Below, piece after piece: positions 37,258 through 47,252 of a stretch of 64,000 nucleotides of DNA; the first letter of the stretch is position 1; each line of letters begins with the position of its first letter. This DNA is from Verrucomicrobiia bacterium (GTDB lineage Bacteria > Zixibacteria > MSB-5A5 > DSPP01): contig DATLYY010000064.1 in assembly GCA_035574275.1 (NCBI GenBank), forward strand, positions 6,516 through 70,515. Reading direction: 5' to 3'. The notes below the pieces were generated by a model. That model was not told the DNA's origin and searched no databases. It was given only the letters and a program-made list of their open reading frames with translations. The position numbers were made by a program, and so were the translations under genes.

Positions 37258-39468
37258 ATGGTTGACCGTTTAAAAAAGAAATCGATACATAAAGGCCTTT
37301 TGGCAAAACTTGGTGTTTTTCTGTTTTTGGGCCTTTTTGTTTTCTCCGGCTGTGTCTATTTCAACACGTTCTACTTGGCCAAGAAAAGCTATTCCAAGGC
37401 AGAGAAAGCGCAAAAAAAATCGGGCCGCGAAACGGCAGACGGGGCCACCTCCGCCGACTATCAGGCCGCCATCAAGTGGGCCTCCAAGGTTTTGACCTTC
37501 CACCCCAAGTCCGGCTGGGTGGATGACGCGCTTTTTCTAATCGGCCGTTCCTACTACAACATGGGGGAGCATTTCAAAGCCCAGGGGAAGTTTGAGGAGC
37601 TTCTGGCCGGGTTTCCCAATTCCAAATTCACCCCGGAGGCAAAAGTGTATCTGGCCCGTTCGATTTTGAAGTCCGGCCGGCCGGAGGCGGCGCGGGATTT
37701 GGCCAACCGTTCCATCGACGAGGTCAAATCAAAAGACATAAAAGGGGAACTGGCACTGGTAGCCGCCGAAAGCTATTTTGCGCTTGGGGATTATCCCTCC
37801 GCCGCTTCCGCCTACGAAAAAGTTTTAGGTTTTCCCATCAAAAAGGAAAGCAAGGCCTACCTGTATTCCCGTCAGGGGGCCGCTTTTTTCCAGCAGGAAA
37901 AGTACGTGGAGGCCTACGGCGCCTATTCCAAAGTTCCGGAAAATTCCCCGTCCGCCGAACTTTCCTACAACGCTGCCCTGGCCGCCGCGGATTGCGCCTA
38001 TAAAATCGGCCGCACGCGGGAGGCGATTTCGCTCCTTAACAAACTCTCCAAAGATCCCCGCTATCACAGCAATTTAGGGGAGTTGAAACTCAAGATGGCC
38101 CAGGGGTACGTGGTTTTGGATTCTGTTTCGGAGGCTTTGAACATATTGCGCTGGACGACTGACTTTTTCAAGGGGCAACGGGTCTCCGCCCAAGCGTATT
38201 TGGAGATGGGGAAAATTCATCAAGAAAAGCTGGGGGATTTATCCAAAGCCAAGGAAAATTACGAGCAAGTTTCCAAGGAAAGCCCCACGCCCAACATTCT
38301 TCAGGAGGCGTTGTCCCGTTCGCAGGAAATTGCCCGCTTTGAAAGCTTCCAGAAGGAACTGGCCTTGGTTCCGGACTCCTCTTTGGATTCAGCAAGGCCG
38401 GATACGGCCAAACAATACGCATCCTTATCCGATTCCACCAAACCGGTCCCTTCTCCGGCCGCCGCCGATTCCAACCGTCTGGCCAATTCCTGGTATCTGT
38501 TGGCGGAGGTGTACCGGCTTTCGCTAAAAAAACCGGATTCAGCCCTGTGGGCTTACCGGACCATTTTCGAAAAGTTTTCGCGGACGCCTACAGCACCCAA
38601 GGCACTATTGGCGTACGGCTTTTTGAGGCAGGATGGTTTCGGAGATACGGTTTCGGCCCATTCGGTCTATCGAAAACTTTTGAGCAATTATCCTTACTCC
38701 GATTATGCCAAAGAGGCGCTTTCGCGGTTGGGGCTTTTGGGCTCACCGGCCGATACGGGTTATCCGGAGGCGGTCTACCGCCGGGCGGAACGATTGTGGG
38801 AAAACGGCCAGATGGACAGCGCCAAGGATGTTTTCTCCTCCATTCCAAACCGGTTTCCCCAATCGGCGTACGCTCCCAAAGCGCTTTTGAGTCTGGCGTT
38901 ACTTTCGGAAGCGAGCCGGTCCTCGGAAGCCGATTCGGGGGCGATTTTTGCGTACCAGGAAGTTCTTCAAAAATATCCGGATACGGAATATGCCCAACGG
39001 GCGAAGGAGAAAGTCGGGCTGGCTCGTCCGGAAGTCTTGCGGCCCGATACGGCAGCCGCCGTTCCCCCGCCCAGCCCGGCCCCGAGCGACACAACCCGCC
39101 GGTCCGATACAACGGAAGTGAATTTTTCGCCCGAAGATTCGCTGAAGATGGGGTTCCGCCAGCATCCCTTGGCGCCGCCGGTGAAAAAGGACGGCGGATT
39201 CGTATATCCAATATCGGAAATCGATGCCAACATCCGCACGCGCCTGGTATTCCGGGTGCTTTTAGACTTTGAAGGCAAGGTGCGCCGGGCGGAGCTGCAG
39301 AACCCGACCCGCCGGGATGCCATCGACCGGGAAGCGATTCGCGCCGTGGAGCAGACCGAGTTCGACATGGTGCGGATACCACCCAACCAGTATAACGCCT
39401 ATTTTATTTACGAACTGCGCATTGCCCCCCGCATTTCCGATCCGAACGCCCCTCCGGCCTTCCGCTAG
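37258..39468 (+). CDS. TPR-repeat lipoprotein with a TonB-C-like C-terminal domain
   Basis: The lipobox is FVFSGC. A long TPR array is followed by a Pro-rich linker. The C-terminus (GGFVYPISEI...RVLLDFEGKVRRAEL) resembles a TonB C-terminal domain. Confidence 0.6.
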   Translation: MVDRLKKKSIHKGLLAKLGVFLFLGLFVFSGCVYFNTFYLAKKSYSKAEKAQKKSGRETADGATSADYQAAIKWASKVLTFHPKSGWVDDALFLIGRSYYNMGEHFKAQGKFEELLAGFPNSKFTPEAKVYLARSILKSGRPEAARDLANRSIDEVKSKDIKGELALVAAESYFALGDYPSAASAYEKVLGFPIKKESKAYLYSRQGAAFFQQEKYVEAYGAYSKVPENSPSAELSYNAALAAADCAYKIGRTREAISLLNKLSKDPRYHSNLGELKLKMAQGYVVLDSVSEALNILRWTTDFFKGQRVSAQAYLEMGKIHQEKLGDLSKAKENYEQVSKESPTPNILQEALSRSQEIARFESFQKELALVPDSSLDSARPDTAKQYASLSDSTKPVPSPAAADSNRLANSWYLLAEVYRLSLKKPDSALWAYRTIFEKFSRTPTAPKALLAYGFLRQDGFGDTVSAHSVYRKLLSNYPYSDYAKEALSRLGLLGSPADTGYPEAVYRRAERLWENGQMDSAKDVFSSIPNRFPQSAYAPKALLSLALLSEASRSSEADSGAIFAYQEVLQKYPDTEYAQRAKEKVGLARPEVLRPDTAAAVPPPSPAPSDTTRRSDTTEVNFSPEDSLKMGFRQHPLAPPVKKDGGFVYPISEIDANIRTRLVFRVLLDFEGKVRRAELQNPTRRDAIDREAIRAVEQTEFDMVRIPPNQYNAYFIYELRIAPRISDPNAPPAFR

Positions 39469-39531
39469 CTTGGGTACCTTCGAAAACCAATCTTTCTTGA
39501 CCGCAGGACGGATTTTATTTAGTATGAAAAA

Positions 39532-40851
39532 ATGGAGAAAGACGGTTCTTCCAGACCGGCTGACACCGTTCCGCTTCAAGGACAGAGACCATCGTTCGGG
39601 GAGGCGACCGAACATTGCCAGCGGAATTTCTGGCTGGGGGTGACCAACGGCGTCATCTTCAACGCCTCCAGCGCCTTTTTAAACGCCAACACCATCCTGC
39701 CGCTTTTTGTTTCGCGACTTACCGAATCCCGTTTTCTGGTCGGAACCGCCTCGGCTTTGCACGAGGTGGGCTGGTTCGTGCCGCAGCTTTTCGTGGCGGC
39801 GGCGACCGCCCACCGGGAGCGCCAGAAACCGTTCTACATCCGCGCCGCCTTTTTCCGCTTGGCGGTTTTCACGGCTCTTTTGGCCTCCTTCTTTTTCTCT
39901 TCCTATCAAAAACCGGAGCAGGTCTTGTTTTTTTTCTTTCTTTTTTACGGCCTCTATTCCATCGGCGGCGGTTTTGCCGGAGTGGCCTTTATGGAAATCG
40001 TTTCGAAAACGGTGCCACCGGAACGGCGCGGTAGCTTCTGGGGACTGCGGATGTCGGTCGGCGGCCTTTTGGCCGCCGCCTTCGGGCGACTGGTGGCCGA
40101 AATTCTGGACAACAATCCCTTTCCCCGCAATTACGAAATTCTCTTTTTGTTCGCTTTTTTTTTCATTTTTGCGGGGCTTTTTTCATTTGTCTGGGTCAAA
40201 GAGCCGGTTTTGCCAAACCTTCTTCCAAAAGTGCCCTACCGGCAGCGGCTGCAAGAGGCGTTTTCGCTTTTAAAAACGGATCCTCATTTTTTCCGGCTGT
40301 ACTGCACGCGGCTGCTCATCGGCACCTATACGGTCGCGGCGCCGTTTTACGTTCTGTTCGGCCGCTTTGAGCTTGGATTCCCGGTGGGCTTTGCCGGGCT
40401 TTTTGTTTCGGCGGAGGTTTTGGGACTGGCGGTTTCCAACCTGTGGTGGAGCGCCTTTTCCAACCGCGGAAAAGACGGGCTGGTTTTGGTCGGTTCGGCG
40501 GGGTTGGCGGTTTTTGCGCCGGTTTGGGCGCTTGCTTCCGGCTGGTTCGGTTTCGGGCCGTATCTTTTTGCCCTCATTTTCTTTGCCCTCGGGGCCACCA
40601 ATTCAGGGCTGGCGGTCGGATATTTGAATCACCTTTTAAAAATCGCCCCCGAAAGTTCCCGCACGCTCTACATTGGACTTTTGCACACGCTTTTGTTCCC
40701 CATTCTGTTTTTTCCGGGTTTGGGGGGGGTGATTTTGCAAAACCTTTCATATCTCGCCCTCTTTTCCTTCGCATTTGCAGTGGCCCTGGCCGGTGCCTTT
40801 TTGGCCTGGCGGATTTTTCAATTACAGCGGAAGGTGTCGGCTAAAACGTAA
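39532..40851 (+). CDS. MFS-type transporter (about 12 TM)
   Basis: The hydrophobic periodicity is consistent with 12 helices. No specific signature was recognised. Confidence 0.55.
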   Translation: MEKDGSSRPADTVPLQGQRPSFGEATEHCQRNFWLGVTNGVIFNASSAFLNANTILPLFVSRLTESRFLVGTASALHEVGWFVPQLFVAAATAHRERQKPFYIRAAFFRLAVFTALLASFFFSSYQKPEQVLFFFFLFYGLYSIGGGFAGVAFMEIVSKTVPPERRGSFWGLRMSVGGLLAAAFGRLVAEILDNNPFPRNYEILFLFAFFFIFAGLFSFVWVKEPVLPNLLPKVPYRQRLQEAFSLLKTDPHFFRLYCTRLLIGTYTVAAPFYVLFGRFELGFPVGFAGLFVSAEVLGLAVSNLWWSAFSNRGKDGLVLVGSAGLAVFAPVWALASGWFGFGPYLFALIFFALGATNSGLAVGYLNHLLKIAPESSRTLYIGLLHTLLFPILFFPGLGGVILQNLSYLALFSFAFAVALAGAFLAWRIFQLQRKVSAKT

Positions 40852-40889
40852 GGGGTTATGCTGCAGTTGGGCAAGAAAAGTAAAACGAT

Positions 40890-42125
40890 TTACTCGCCGC
40901 GGATTAAGTCGGCGTAACTTTCGCGCCGGCGGATGACTCGAAAGGCCGTACCGTCTACCAGCACCTCGGGAGGCCGGGGGCGGGAATTGTAGTTGGAGGC
41001 CATGCACATTCCGTAGGCGCCGGCGCTCATTACGGCCAGCAAGTCGTCCCGTTCGGGTAACACCATCCGGCGGTTGTCGGCCAAAACGTCACTGGATTCG
41101 CAAAGCGGGCCGACTATTGAAACGAGCGTATTTTTTCCAAAGCGGCGGAGGACCGGAAGGACTTCGTGGTGCGCTTCGTACAGGGCCGGACGCAGGAGGT
41201 CGTTCGAGCCGGCATCGACGATAACCCAGGTTTTCCCGGCCGTTTTCTTCCGGTAGAGGACGCGGTTCAAAAGCAGGCCGGAATTTCCCATTAAAATCCG
41301 TCCCGGCTCCAGCAGGATCGTGGCGCCCGTTTTTTGGGCGGTTTCGCGAACCATCCGGGCGTAATCAGTTATAGAAGGCGGTTTTTCATTTCTATAAGTG
41401 ATGCCCAGTCCACCACCGACGTCGATATAGCGCAGATCAAAACCCCGAGCACGGAGATTCTGATACAAATCCGCCATCTGGCGAAAAGCGGTTTTGATCG
41501 GCCCCGGTTCGGTTATTTGCGAGCCGATGTGGCAATCAATGCCGCAGGGAATGAGGCCGCTCATCCGGCGGCTTTTCTCAAAAAGAGCATCGGCTTCGTG
41601 AAACGGGACGCCGAACTTGTGCTTTTTCATTCCGGTGGCGATATGGCGGTGGGTTTTGGCGTCCACGTCCGGATTGACCCGCAAGGCGAAGGGTGCCTGT
41701 CTTCCCAACCGCTTTGCCACGCGGTCGAGCGCTTCCAGTTCTTCGCCGCTTTCGACGTTGAAAAGCAAGATGCCTGCTTTCAAGGCCTGGGCCATTTCTG
41801 CTTCGGTCTTTCCCACGCCGGAGAAGACAACTTTATTTACTTGTCCGCCTGCTTTTTGCACCCGGAACAGCTCGCCGCCGGAGACAATGTCAAAACCGGA
41901 GTTTAGGCGGGCCAGTGTTCGCAGCAACGCAAGGTTGGAATTGGCTTTTACCGAGTAGCAGATAAGATGCGGTACTTCGCGAAGCGAATGAGTCAGATTC
42001 CGGAAGTTTTCCATCAGGGCCGTGGCAGAATAGACGTAGCACGGCGTTCCGACTTTCCGCGCGAGCTTTTCGAGCGGGACTTTTTCGGCCTGCAGACGGC
42101 CGTTTTTGTACGCGAACGGATTCAT
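40890..42125 (-). CDS. lysA: Diaminopimelate decarboxylase
   Basis: Contains GTPCYVYS, YSVKANSNLALL (PLP lysine), GGGLGI and CESSD motifs. Confidence 0.9.
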   Translation of the reverse strand: MNPFAYKNGRLQAEKVPLEKLARKVGTPCYVYSATALMENFRNLTHSLREVPHLICYSVKANSNLALLRTLARLNSGFDIVSGGELFRVQKAGGQVNKVVFSGVGKTEAEMAQALKAGILLFNVESGEELEALDRVAKRLGRQAPFALRVNPDVDAKTHRHIATGMKKHKFGVPFHEADALFEKSRRMSGLIPCGIDCHIGSQITEPGPIKTAFRQMADLYQNLRARGFDLRYIDVGGGLGITYRNEKPPSITDYARMVRETAQKTGATILLEPGRILMGNSGLLLNRVLYRKKTAGKTWVIVDAGSNDLLRPALYEAHHEVLPVLRRFGKNTLVSIVGPLCESSDVLADNRRMVLPERDDLLAVMSAGAYGMCMASNYNSRPRPPEVLVDGTAFRVIRRRESYADLIRGE

Positions 42126-42258
42126 AAGTGCACCCGCTTTTTTAGAGCAGGAACGGGGTCAAGTTATTAGTGAAATTTGCGAAGTCAAACGTTGGGGCGG
42201 GTGAATCCCTCCATTTCTTCCCGGAACGGAAGGGGAACAAATGTGGAAATTGACAGGA

Positions 42259-42441
42259 TTATGAACGGTTCGATTTTGAGACAGCGGGGGTGTTGGAGAG
42301 CGGGATGCAATCACCCGCGCAGGACGGGCAGGATTTGCCTTTTTTGCGCAATTTTTTATGGAGCAGAAAGCCCGCCGCCGCGGCGAAGAGGGTAACAATA
42401 ATTCCATCCTGTACGACTATGGGGACTTCGAGGGGGAACAT
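42259..42441 (-). CDS. FeoB-associated Cys-rich small membrane protein
   Basis: One TM (IIVTLFAAAAGFLL) is followed by a basic patch and CPSCAGDC. It starts 7-10 nt after the feoB stop. Confidence 0.55.
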   Translation of the reverse strand: MFPLEVPIVVQDGIIVTLFAAAAGFLLHKKLRKKGKSCPSCAGDCIPLSNTPAVSKSNRS

Positions 42442-42450
42442 CACGTGCTC

Positions 42451-44604
42451 CTAAAAGAAAGTTTGTCCGAGCCAGCGGGTCAGAAGCGCGCCACCGTAGG
42501 CCAGTATAGTCATGTAAGCGAAGGCGAAAGCGGGCCAGCGCCAACTGTTTGTTTCCCGTTTCATTACGGCAATCGTGGAAACACACTGCAAGGCGAAGGC
42601 GTAGAAAACCAAAAGAGTCAGCGCCACCAAGGGGGTCCAGACCGGAGCGCCGGTTTGGGGATTGACGTCTCCCTTCAGCTCTTCCGTCAAACTCTTGTCA
42701 TCCGCCGATGAACCGACGCCGTACACCACGCCCATCGTGGAAACGAAAACCTCCCGGGCGGCAAAGGAGCCCAGAATGCCGACGCCGATTTTCCAGTCAA
42801 AACCCAACGGTTCCAGCACCGGCTCGAAGAGCCGTCCCATCATACCGGCAAAGGAGTGACGCAGCCGTTCGGCGGACACTTTCTGCTCCAGTTTCTCAAG
42901 AGCCGCAACCCGTTCAGGGCCATCCAGTTGACTGGTGACAGAAGCGCGTTCGGCGTTGAACTGGTTTTCGTTATTGCTCCAGCGCGGGTAGCTGGAAAGC
43001 CCCCAGAGGAGTATGGAAACGGCGAAAATAATCGTTCCGGCTGAAACCAGAAAAAGTTTGGCGCGTTCAATAAGAGTCAGCGCCAGGTTTTTCAATCGAG
43101 GCAGCCGGTAGGGGGGGAGTTCAAGCAGAAGCGGAGGCGTAGGTCCTCGTAAAATTGTTTTGCGGAAAAGAAAAGCCACGCCGGCGGCGGCGAAGATGCC
43201 AAGCAGATAGAGCCCCAAAAGAGAGGTGCCCTGCAGGTCAAAAGGTCCCCAAACTTTCACGTTTGGCACAAAAGAGGCAATCAAAAGCGTATAAACCACC
43301 AGCCGTGCGGAACAGGTCATCAGCGGCGCAACCAAAATAGTTGCGAGCCGGTCGCGGCGGTTGGGAATCGTGCGGGTGGCCATAATCCCCGGAATGGCGC
43401 AGGCAAAGGAGGAAAGCAGGGGAATAAAGCTGCGGCCGGAAAGGCCGACTTTGGACATCAGCCGGTCGAGTAGAAAGGCGGCACGGGCCATATAACCGGA
43501 GTCCTCCAGAAGCGTCAAGAAAAAGAAAAGCAGAAGAATCTGCGGCAGAAAGGTGACAACCGCACCGACACCGGCGAAGATGCCGTCGTTAATCAAACTC
43601 TGCAGGGGGCCAGGGGCGAGAATCTTGTTGGTCAAGGAAGGAAACAGCCAGCCGGTGACTGACTCGATGGCGTTCATTGCCGGCTCGGCCCATTTGAAGA
43701 TGGATTGGAAAACCAAAGTCAAGGTCGCCAGAAGAATCAGGGGGCCCAAAACCGGATGAAGCAAGAATTTGTCGATTGTATGCGTCCATCCGGATTTCGA
43801 ATTTGGGTTCTTCTCCACCACTTCGCGACTTATTTCCTGTTGCCATTTAAAGCGGGCTTCGGCAATGAAGCGGCGGACGGTTTCCTCGTTCACCCCGAGT
43901 TCGCCGCGAACGGTGGCGGCGACTTTTTCCAGCTTTTCCGTGCAAACCGGGGTATGCTGGCCGGCGACGCACAGCAGGGTCTGCAGCTCGGTGGCATCGG
44001 CCTCTGGTGCGTAGGCCTTCAGCCGGTTTTCAAGCGCAGGCGGAAGTTGGTATTTGCGGGATGGTACCGTCCAGCTTTTAGCCAGCGTCCTTTCCATCGC
44101 CTCGCCTAATTTTCTTAATCCGATACCCTTCGCCGCCACCACTTCCACGACCGGAACGCCGAGGTGGGCGGAGAGTTTTTGAACGTTAACCGAAAGTCCC
44201 AGCCGTTCGGCCTCGTCGGTCATCGTCAAGGCCACCACCACCGGACGGCCGAGTTCGATAATCTGCCCGACCAGATAAAGATGGCGGGAAAGATTGGTGA
44301 CATCCACCACGCAGAGCGCCCCGTCAGGCGGGTTATCGCCGTTGCCGGAAAGTAGGTCACGCACCAAGGCCTCATCCGGGGAGCGGGAAATCAACGAATA
44401 GGAGCCGGGGAGATCGATGACTTCGAAAACCGCACTTCCGGTTTCCCAAAGGCCGGTTTTTTTTTCCACCGTGACGCCGGGGTAGTTGGCGACCTTCTGG
44501 TGCAGGCCGGTCAACGCATTAAAAAGGGTGGTTTTGCCGCTGTTCGGATTTCCGACCAGGGCAATACGGAAGGTTCTCTTTTGAGTTGGAAATTCAGTTG
44601 CCAT
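42451..44604 (-). CDS. feoB: Ferrous iron transporter FeoB
   Basis: The G-domain reads IALVGNPNSGKTTLFNALTG and DLPG, followed by a polytopic membrane domain. I chose ATG 44604; the track ORF is over-extended. Confidence 0.9.
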   Translation of the reverse strand: MATEFPTQKRTFRIALVGNPNSGKTTLFNALTGLHQKVANYPGVTVEKKTGLWETGSAVFEVIDLPGSYSLISRSPDEALVRDLLSGNGDNPPDGALCVVDVTNLSRHLYLVGQIIELGRPVVVALTMTDEAERLGLSVNVQKLSAHLGVPVVEVVAAKGIGLRKLGEAMERTLAKSWTVPSRKYQLPPALENRLKAYAPEADATELQTLLCVAGQHTPVCTEKLEKVAATVRGELGVNEETVRRFIAEARFKWQQEISREVVEKNPNSKSGWTHTIDKFLLHPVLGPLILLATLTLVFQSIFKWAEPAMNAIESVTGWLFPSLTNKILAPGPLQSLINDGIFAGVGAVVTFLPQILLLFFFLTLLEDSGYMARAAFLLDRLMSKVGLSGRSFIPLLSSFACAIPGIMATRTIPNRRDRLATILVAPLMTCSARLVVYTLLIASFVPNVKVWGPFDLQGTSLLGLYLLGIFAAAGVAFLFRKTILRGPTPPLLLELPPYRLPRLKNLALTLIERAKLFLVSAGTIIFAVSILLWGLSSYPRWSNNENQFNAERASVTSQLDGPERVAALEKLEQKVSAERLRHSFAGMMGRLFEPVLEPLGFDWKIGVGILGSFAAREVFVSTMGVVYGVGSSADDKSLTEELKGDVNPQTGAPVWTPLVALTLLVFYAFALQCVSTIAVMKRETNSWRWPAFAFAYMTILAYGGALLTRWLGQTFF

Positions 44605-44610
44605 TTGCTT

Positions 44611-44637
44611 AAGGGGCGTATCCCCAATACGCCCTTT
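44611..44637. repeat. REP-like palindrome, copy 2 (GGGGCGTAT-ccccA-ATACGCCC), in the feoA-feoB gap
   Basis: Read from the sequence. It lies immediately upstream of the feoB ATG. Confidence 0.6.
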
Positions 44638-44641
44638 ACCG

Positions 44642-44920
44642 TCAGCTGCCGGTTTCCACCAAAACCGCTTCCGCCTCGCTTTTGCGGAGGGAAAGCAGAA
44701 AGCCGTCCACTTCAATTTGAATCGGGTCCCCCAGCGGGGCGGAACGGAGAAAACGCACGCGGGCACCCGTCACCAATCCGATTTCAAGGATGTGCAAGGC
44801 CAACGGTTCTCCAGCACACACCCCCACCACCCGGCCGGACTGACCCGGTTCCAAGTCGGCCAAAGTTTTAATTCCGATAGAAGCTTTCGAATTGGCCGCG
44901 GGAAAAAGAAAGGAAAACAT
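44642..44920 (-). CDS. feoA: FeoA family protein
   Basis: LADLEPGQSGRVVGV...ILEIGLVTGARVRFLRSAPLGDPIQIEVDGFLLSLRKSEAEAVLV matches the FeoA SH3-like pattern. Confidence 0.8.
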   Translation of the reverse strand: MFSFLFPAANSKASIGIKTLADLEPGQSGRVVGVCAGEPLALHILEIGLVTGARVRFLRSAPLGDPIQIEVDGFLLSLRKSEAEAVLVETGS

Positions 44921-44921
44921 A

Positions 44922-45437
44922 TTAATGGATATCCGTTTTTTTGATTTTGGACGCCTCCAAAAGCGGGGAGGCGGCCTGCCAATTTTTGACCGTGCCGCTT
45001 ACGATGAGGGTACTGCCGTCTTCGTAACCTTCAATGTCTCCGCCCGCGAGTTCGAAAAGCTGGCCGGTTTGGGCTATTTTCAAATAGGCGTGGTTGTTTT
45101 CGGTCACCTTGATGCCGGAGATGGAAAGCTGGATTTTTTCGACTGTGAAGCGGTGGGAGGCGGTGGCCTCCAGACTTTTGGCAATCCGTGCGATGGGGAG
45201 CGGGGCGGCCTCATCAAACGTGGCGTTCAAGGTCATTCCATTCAGTTTAATTCTCGAGGCGTTGATTTCTCCCTGCACCACCTGGCGCATCGCCGTGCGG
45301 CAACCCTCGCAGGAGGCGCAGCCCTCCAGTTTCAGCGACAACAAGGCAAAGGGGGCAACCGGTTTTTGGGTTTCGCCGATTGTCTGGGTGGCGAAAGCGG
45401 TGATTAAAAGGGTTGCGAACAAGGTCTTTTTCATCAT
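44922..45437 (-). CDS. Secreted protein with an HMA-like CxxCxxC segment (hypothetical)
   Basis: The signal peptide is MMKKTLFATLLITAFA. It contains KLEGCASCEGCRTAM and a beta-rich C-terminal half. Confidence 0.5.
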   Translation of the reverse strand: MMKKTLFATLLITAFATQTIGETQKPVAPFALLSLKLEGCASCEGCRTAMRQVVQGEINASRIKLNGMTLNATFDEAAPLPIARIAKSLEATASHRFTVEKIQLSISGIKVTENNHAYLKIAQTGQLFELAGGDIEGYEDGSTLIVSGTVKNWQAASPLLEASKIKKTDIH

Positions 45438-45448
45438 TCTTCCGTAAT

Positions 45449-46570
45449 TTAGAACATAAAGCCGGCGCCGAGATTCAGCCGCTCCACTGTGTCGTCCGTG
45501 CCATCCTTCCAGAATTCCCCGTCTGCTTTCAAGACAACGGAAGATAATGGATAAAAAGCCAGTCCGGTAGTCCAAATCCGGCGGAAGGCCCGCCGGACCG
45601 CGGCATATCCCGTCGGCACTTCATGGTTGGTGTTGAAGCGCTCAAAACGGGCAAAGAGGGCCAAATCGGCCGGACTGCCTTCCGGAAAGAGCAGTTTTTT
45701 TAAGCGGTAGGCCGTTTCAACGTACCCTCCCTGCATCGCACTGCCGACCGTCTGGCCAGCAGCCGCGCTTACCTGTTCGGCGCCGTTTATCTCCGTGCGC
45801 ATCAACGTGCCGGAGAACTCGAGCTCTTCGTGGCGAAACTTGATGTCCCCTTCCCAGATTTTCACCAGCACGTAACCCAACGCCGGGTTCGATTGGTCCG
45901 CGCCGCCGATATAGCCGGAGGTGGCAATGGTGAGGTATTTATTGGGGGAAACTTCGACCCGCCCCACACCAGCCCAGTCCTCTATTTTTGATTTCACGCT
46001 TTTGCTCCGGCCACTGCGCAGCCCGTTTAGCGTATTGAACTTGGAGGCGTCCAGCCCGGCCGTGGCATAAGCCCGGAAGGCCACTTTCCCCTGCATCAAG
46101 CGCCCAATCAAGCCGGCGCCGTTTTCCTGCCAGGTGGTGGGAATCATGCTCGTTTCCGTATAGGGCCGCTCGACGGAGTAAAAGAGGGGGGGTTCGTGGA
46201 ATTCATTCAACTGTCCCACCGGCATCAGAACCGAACCGACCCGGGCGGAGACAGTTTTGGTCAAATCAAATTCGAGAAAGCCATATTCAAATTCCGGTTC
46301 GTTGAAGGCATGCTCGAAATCCAGTTCCATATCCATGCGAATCCGGTCGGAAAACTCGTAGGCCAGGCCGATGACCCAGCGGTGAATGTCGATTTCATCC
46401 CCGGCGGATTGTGACATGGCGCCGGCTTTGGGATGGTTAAAGTGCAGTTCGCCATAGCCGTGCAGACGCCAAGGGGGCGTTTGAGCTTCCTCCTCCTGAG
46501 CATACGCAGGGAGGGCCAAAAAAGAACTGAAAACCAGCGCAACGGCGTATTTATATCGAAAAGAAACCAT
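45449..46570 (-). CDS. Outer-membrane porin-like beta-barrel
   Basis: The signal peptide ends ...ALPAYAQ. The sequence shows alternating strands and a C-terminal GAGFMF. Confidence 0.65.
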   Translation of the reverse strand: MVSFRYKYAVALVFSSFLALPAYAQEEEAQTPPWRLHGYGELHFNHPKAGAMSQSAGDEIDIHRWVIGLAYEFSDRIRMDMELDFEHAFNEPEFEYGFLEFDLTKTVSARVGSVLMPVGQLNEFHEPPLFYSVERPYTETSMIPTTWQENGAGLIGRLMQGKVAFRAYATAGLDASKFNTLNGLRSGRSKSVKSKIEDWAGVGRVEVSPNKYLTIATSGYIGGADQSNPALGYVLVKIWEGDIKFRHEELEFSGTLMRTEINGAEQVSAAAGQTVGSAMQGGYVETAYRLKKLLFPEGSPADLALFARFERFNTNHEVPTGYAAVRRAFRRIWTTGLAFYPLSSVVLKADGEFWKDGTDDTVERLNLGAGFMF

Positions 46571-46590
46571 TCAAACTATTCTGGTGAAGT

Positions 46591-46779
46591 TTATAGTCCA
46601 GCCAGCCCCTTGATTGCCAAATAGGGAAGAATGATGTAAAGAATGGAGTCGCGCACGGCGTAGAAGGCGATAATCACCACCAGCCAGCGCCAGCCCTTTT
46701 TCTTGAAATGGGCGATTGTTTCTTTGCGCCCAAGCTTTCCTTCCGGCAACAGCCCCCAGCGAACCAGAAATCTCTTCAA
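46591..46779 (-). CDS. Small membrane protein (hypothetical, 62 aa)
   Basis: It has one clear TM (WLVVIIAFYAV...ILYIILPYLAI). Its start abuts the ABM gene stop. Confidence 0.4.
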   Translation of the reverse strand: MKRFLVRWGLLPEGKLGRKETIAHFKKKGWRWLVVIIAFYAVRDSILYIILPYLAIKGLAGL

Positions 46780-47078
46780 GTCGCCAGAACCTCGAAAATT
46801 TCCACTTTGGAGGTCAGAATCGATTTCCCGTTTTCCGTAAACTCCTTGACCCGCTGGTGGCCCTCCCGGTATTCGGAACTCCCGACCCAGGCCTCAAAAT
46901 CCTCTTTTTTTTCCCAGTGGGTCATCACCAAATAGGCATCCCCTTCCAGCGGTTTCAAAATTTCGGCCTTGATAAAGCCCGGTCGGCGGTCCACCGCTTT
47001 TTTGCGGGTTTTGAAAACCTCCTCAAAGCGTCCCCGCCATTTTTCGGGAACGGTCATTCGGTTTATCATTACAAACAT
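46776..47078 (-). CDS. ABM-domain monooxygenase (IsdG/HmoA-like candidate)
   Basis: ATG 47078 follows GGGGAGG. MFVMINRMTVPEKWRGRFEEVF...AYLVMTHWEKKEDFEAWVGSSEY is an ABM ferredoxin-like pattern. Confidence 0.65.
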   Translation of the reverse strand: MFVMINRMTVPEKWRGRFEEVFKTRKKAVDRRPGFIKAEILKPLEGDAYLVMTHWEKKEDFEAWVGSSEYREGHQRVKEFTENGKSILTSKVEIFEVLAT

Positions 47079-47151
47079 TTCTTTATCTACCTCCCCTGCT
47101 GTATTGTTATTTGTTTCACAAGAAACAAGCCCAAGTCGCATACGGGTGGGA

Positions 47152-47180
47152 AATAAAGGATAAGCAAAATTCCTTGTCAA
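47152..47180 (-). promoter_or_regulatory. Sigma70-like promoter for the ABM-porin-feo gene string (TTGACA-17-TTTATT)
   Basis: The -35 is at 47180-47175 and the -10 at 47157-47152 on the minus strand. The leader contains the hairpin TTGTTTC-ttgt-GAAACAA. Confidence 0.35.
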
Positions 47181-47252
47181 GATAAATGTTAAATTGCAAG
47201 CCATTGTTATTCAGTGGCTTACATTGATTATGACAAATAGCATATTATTTGG

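Noticed and set aside
38547-39386. Several overlapping ORFs on both strands (38547..39272 +, 38588..39382 -, 38967..39386 -).
   Set aside because: All are shadow frames of the 736-aa TPR/TonB-C-like gene.
42126-42258. Lysine riboswitch upstream of lysA.
   Set aside because: The region is too short, and no L-box-like conserved helices are seen. It holds only a promoter-like TTGACT element.
47221-47236. Fur-box-like sequence (minus strand TTGTCATAATCAATGT).
   Set aside because: It is only a partial match to one part of the 19-bp Fur consensus, and it lies about 45 nt upstream of the predicted -35. It is not convincing on its own.
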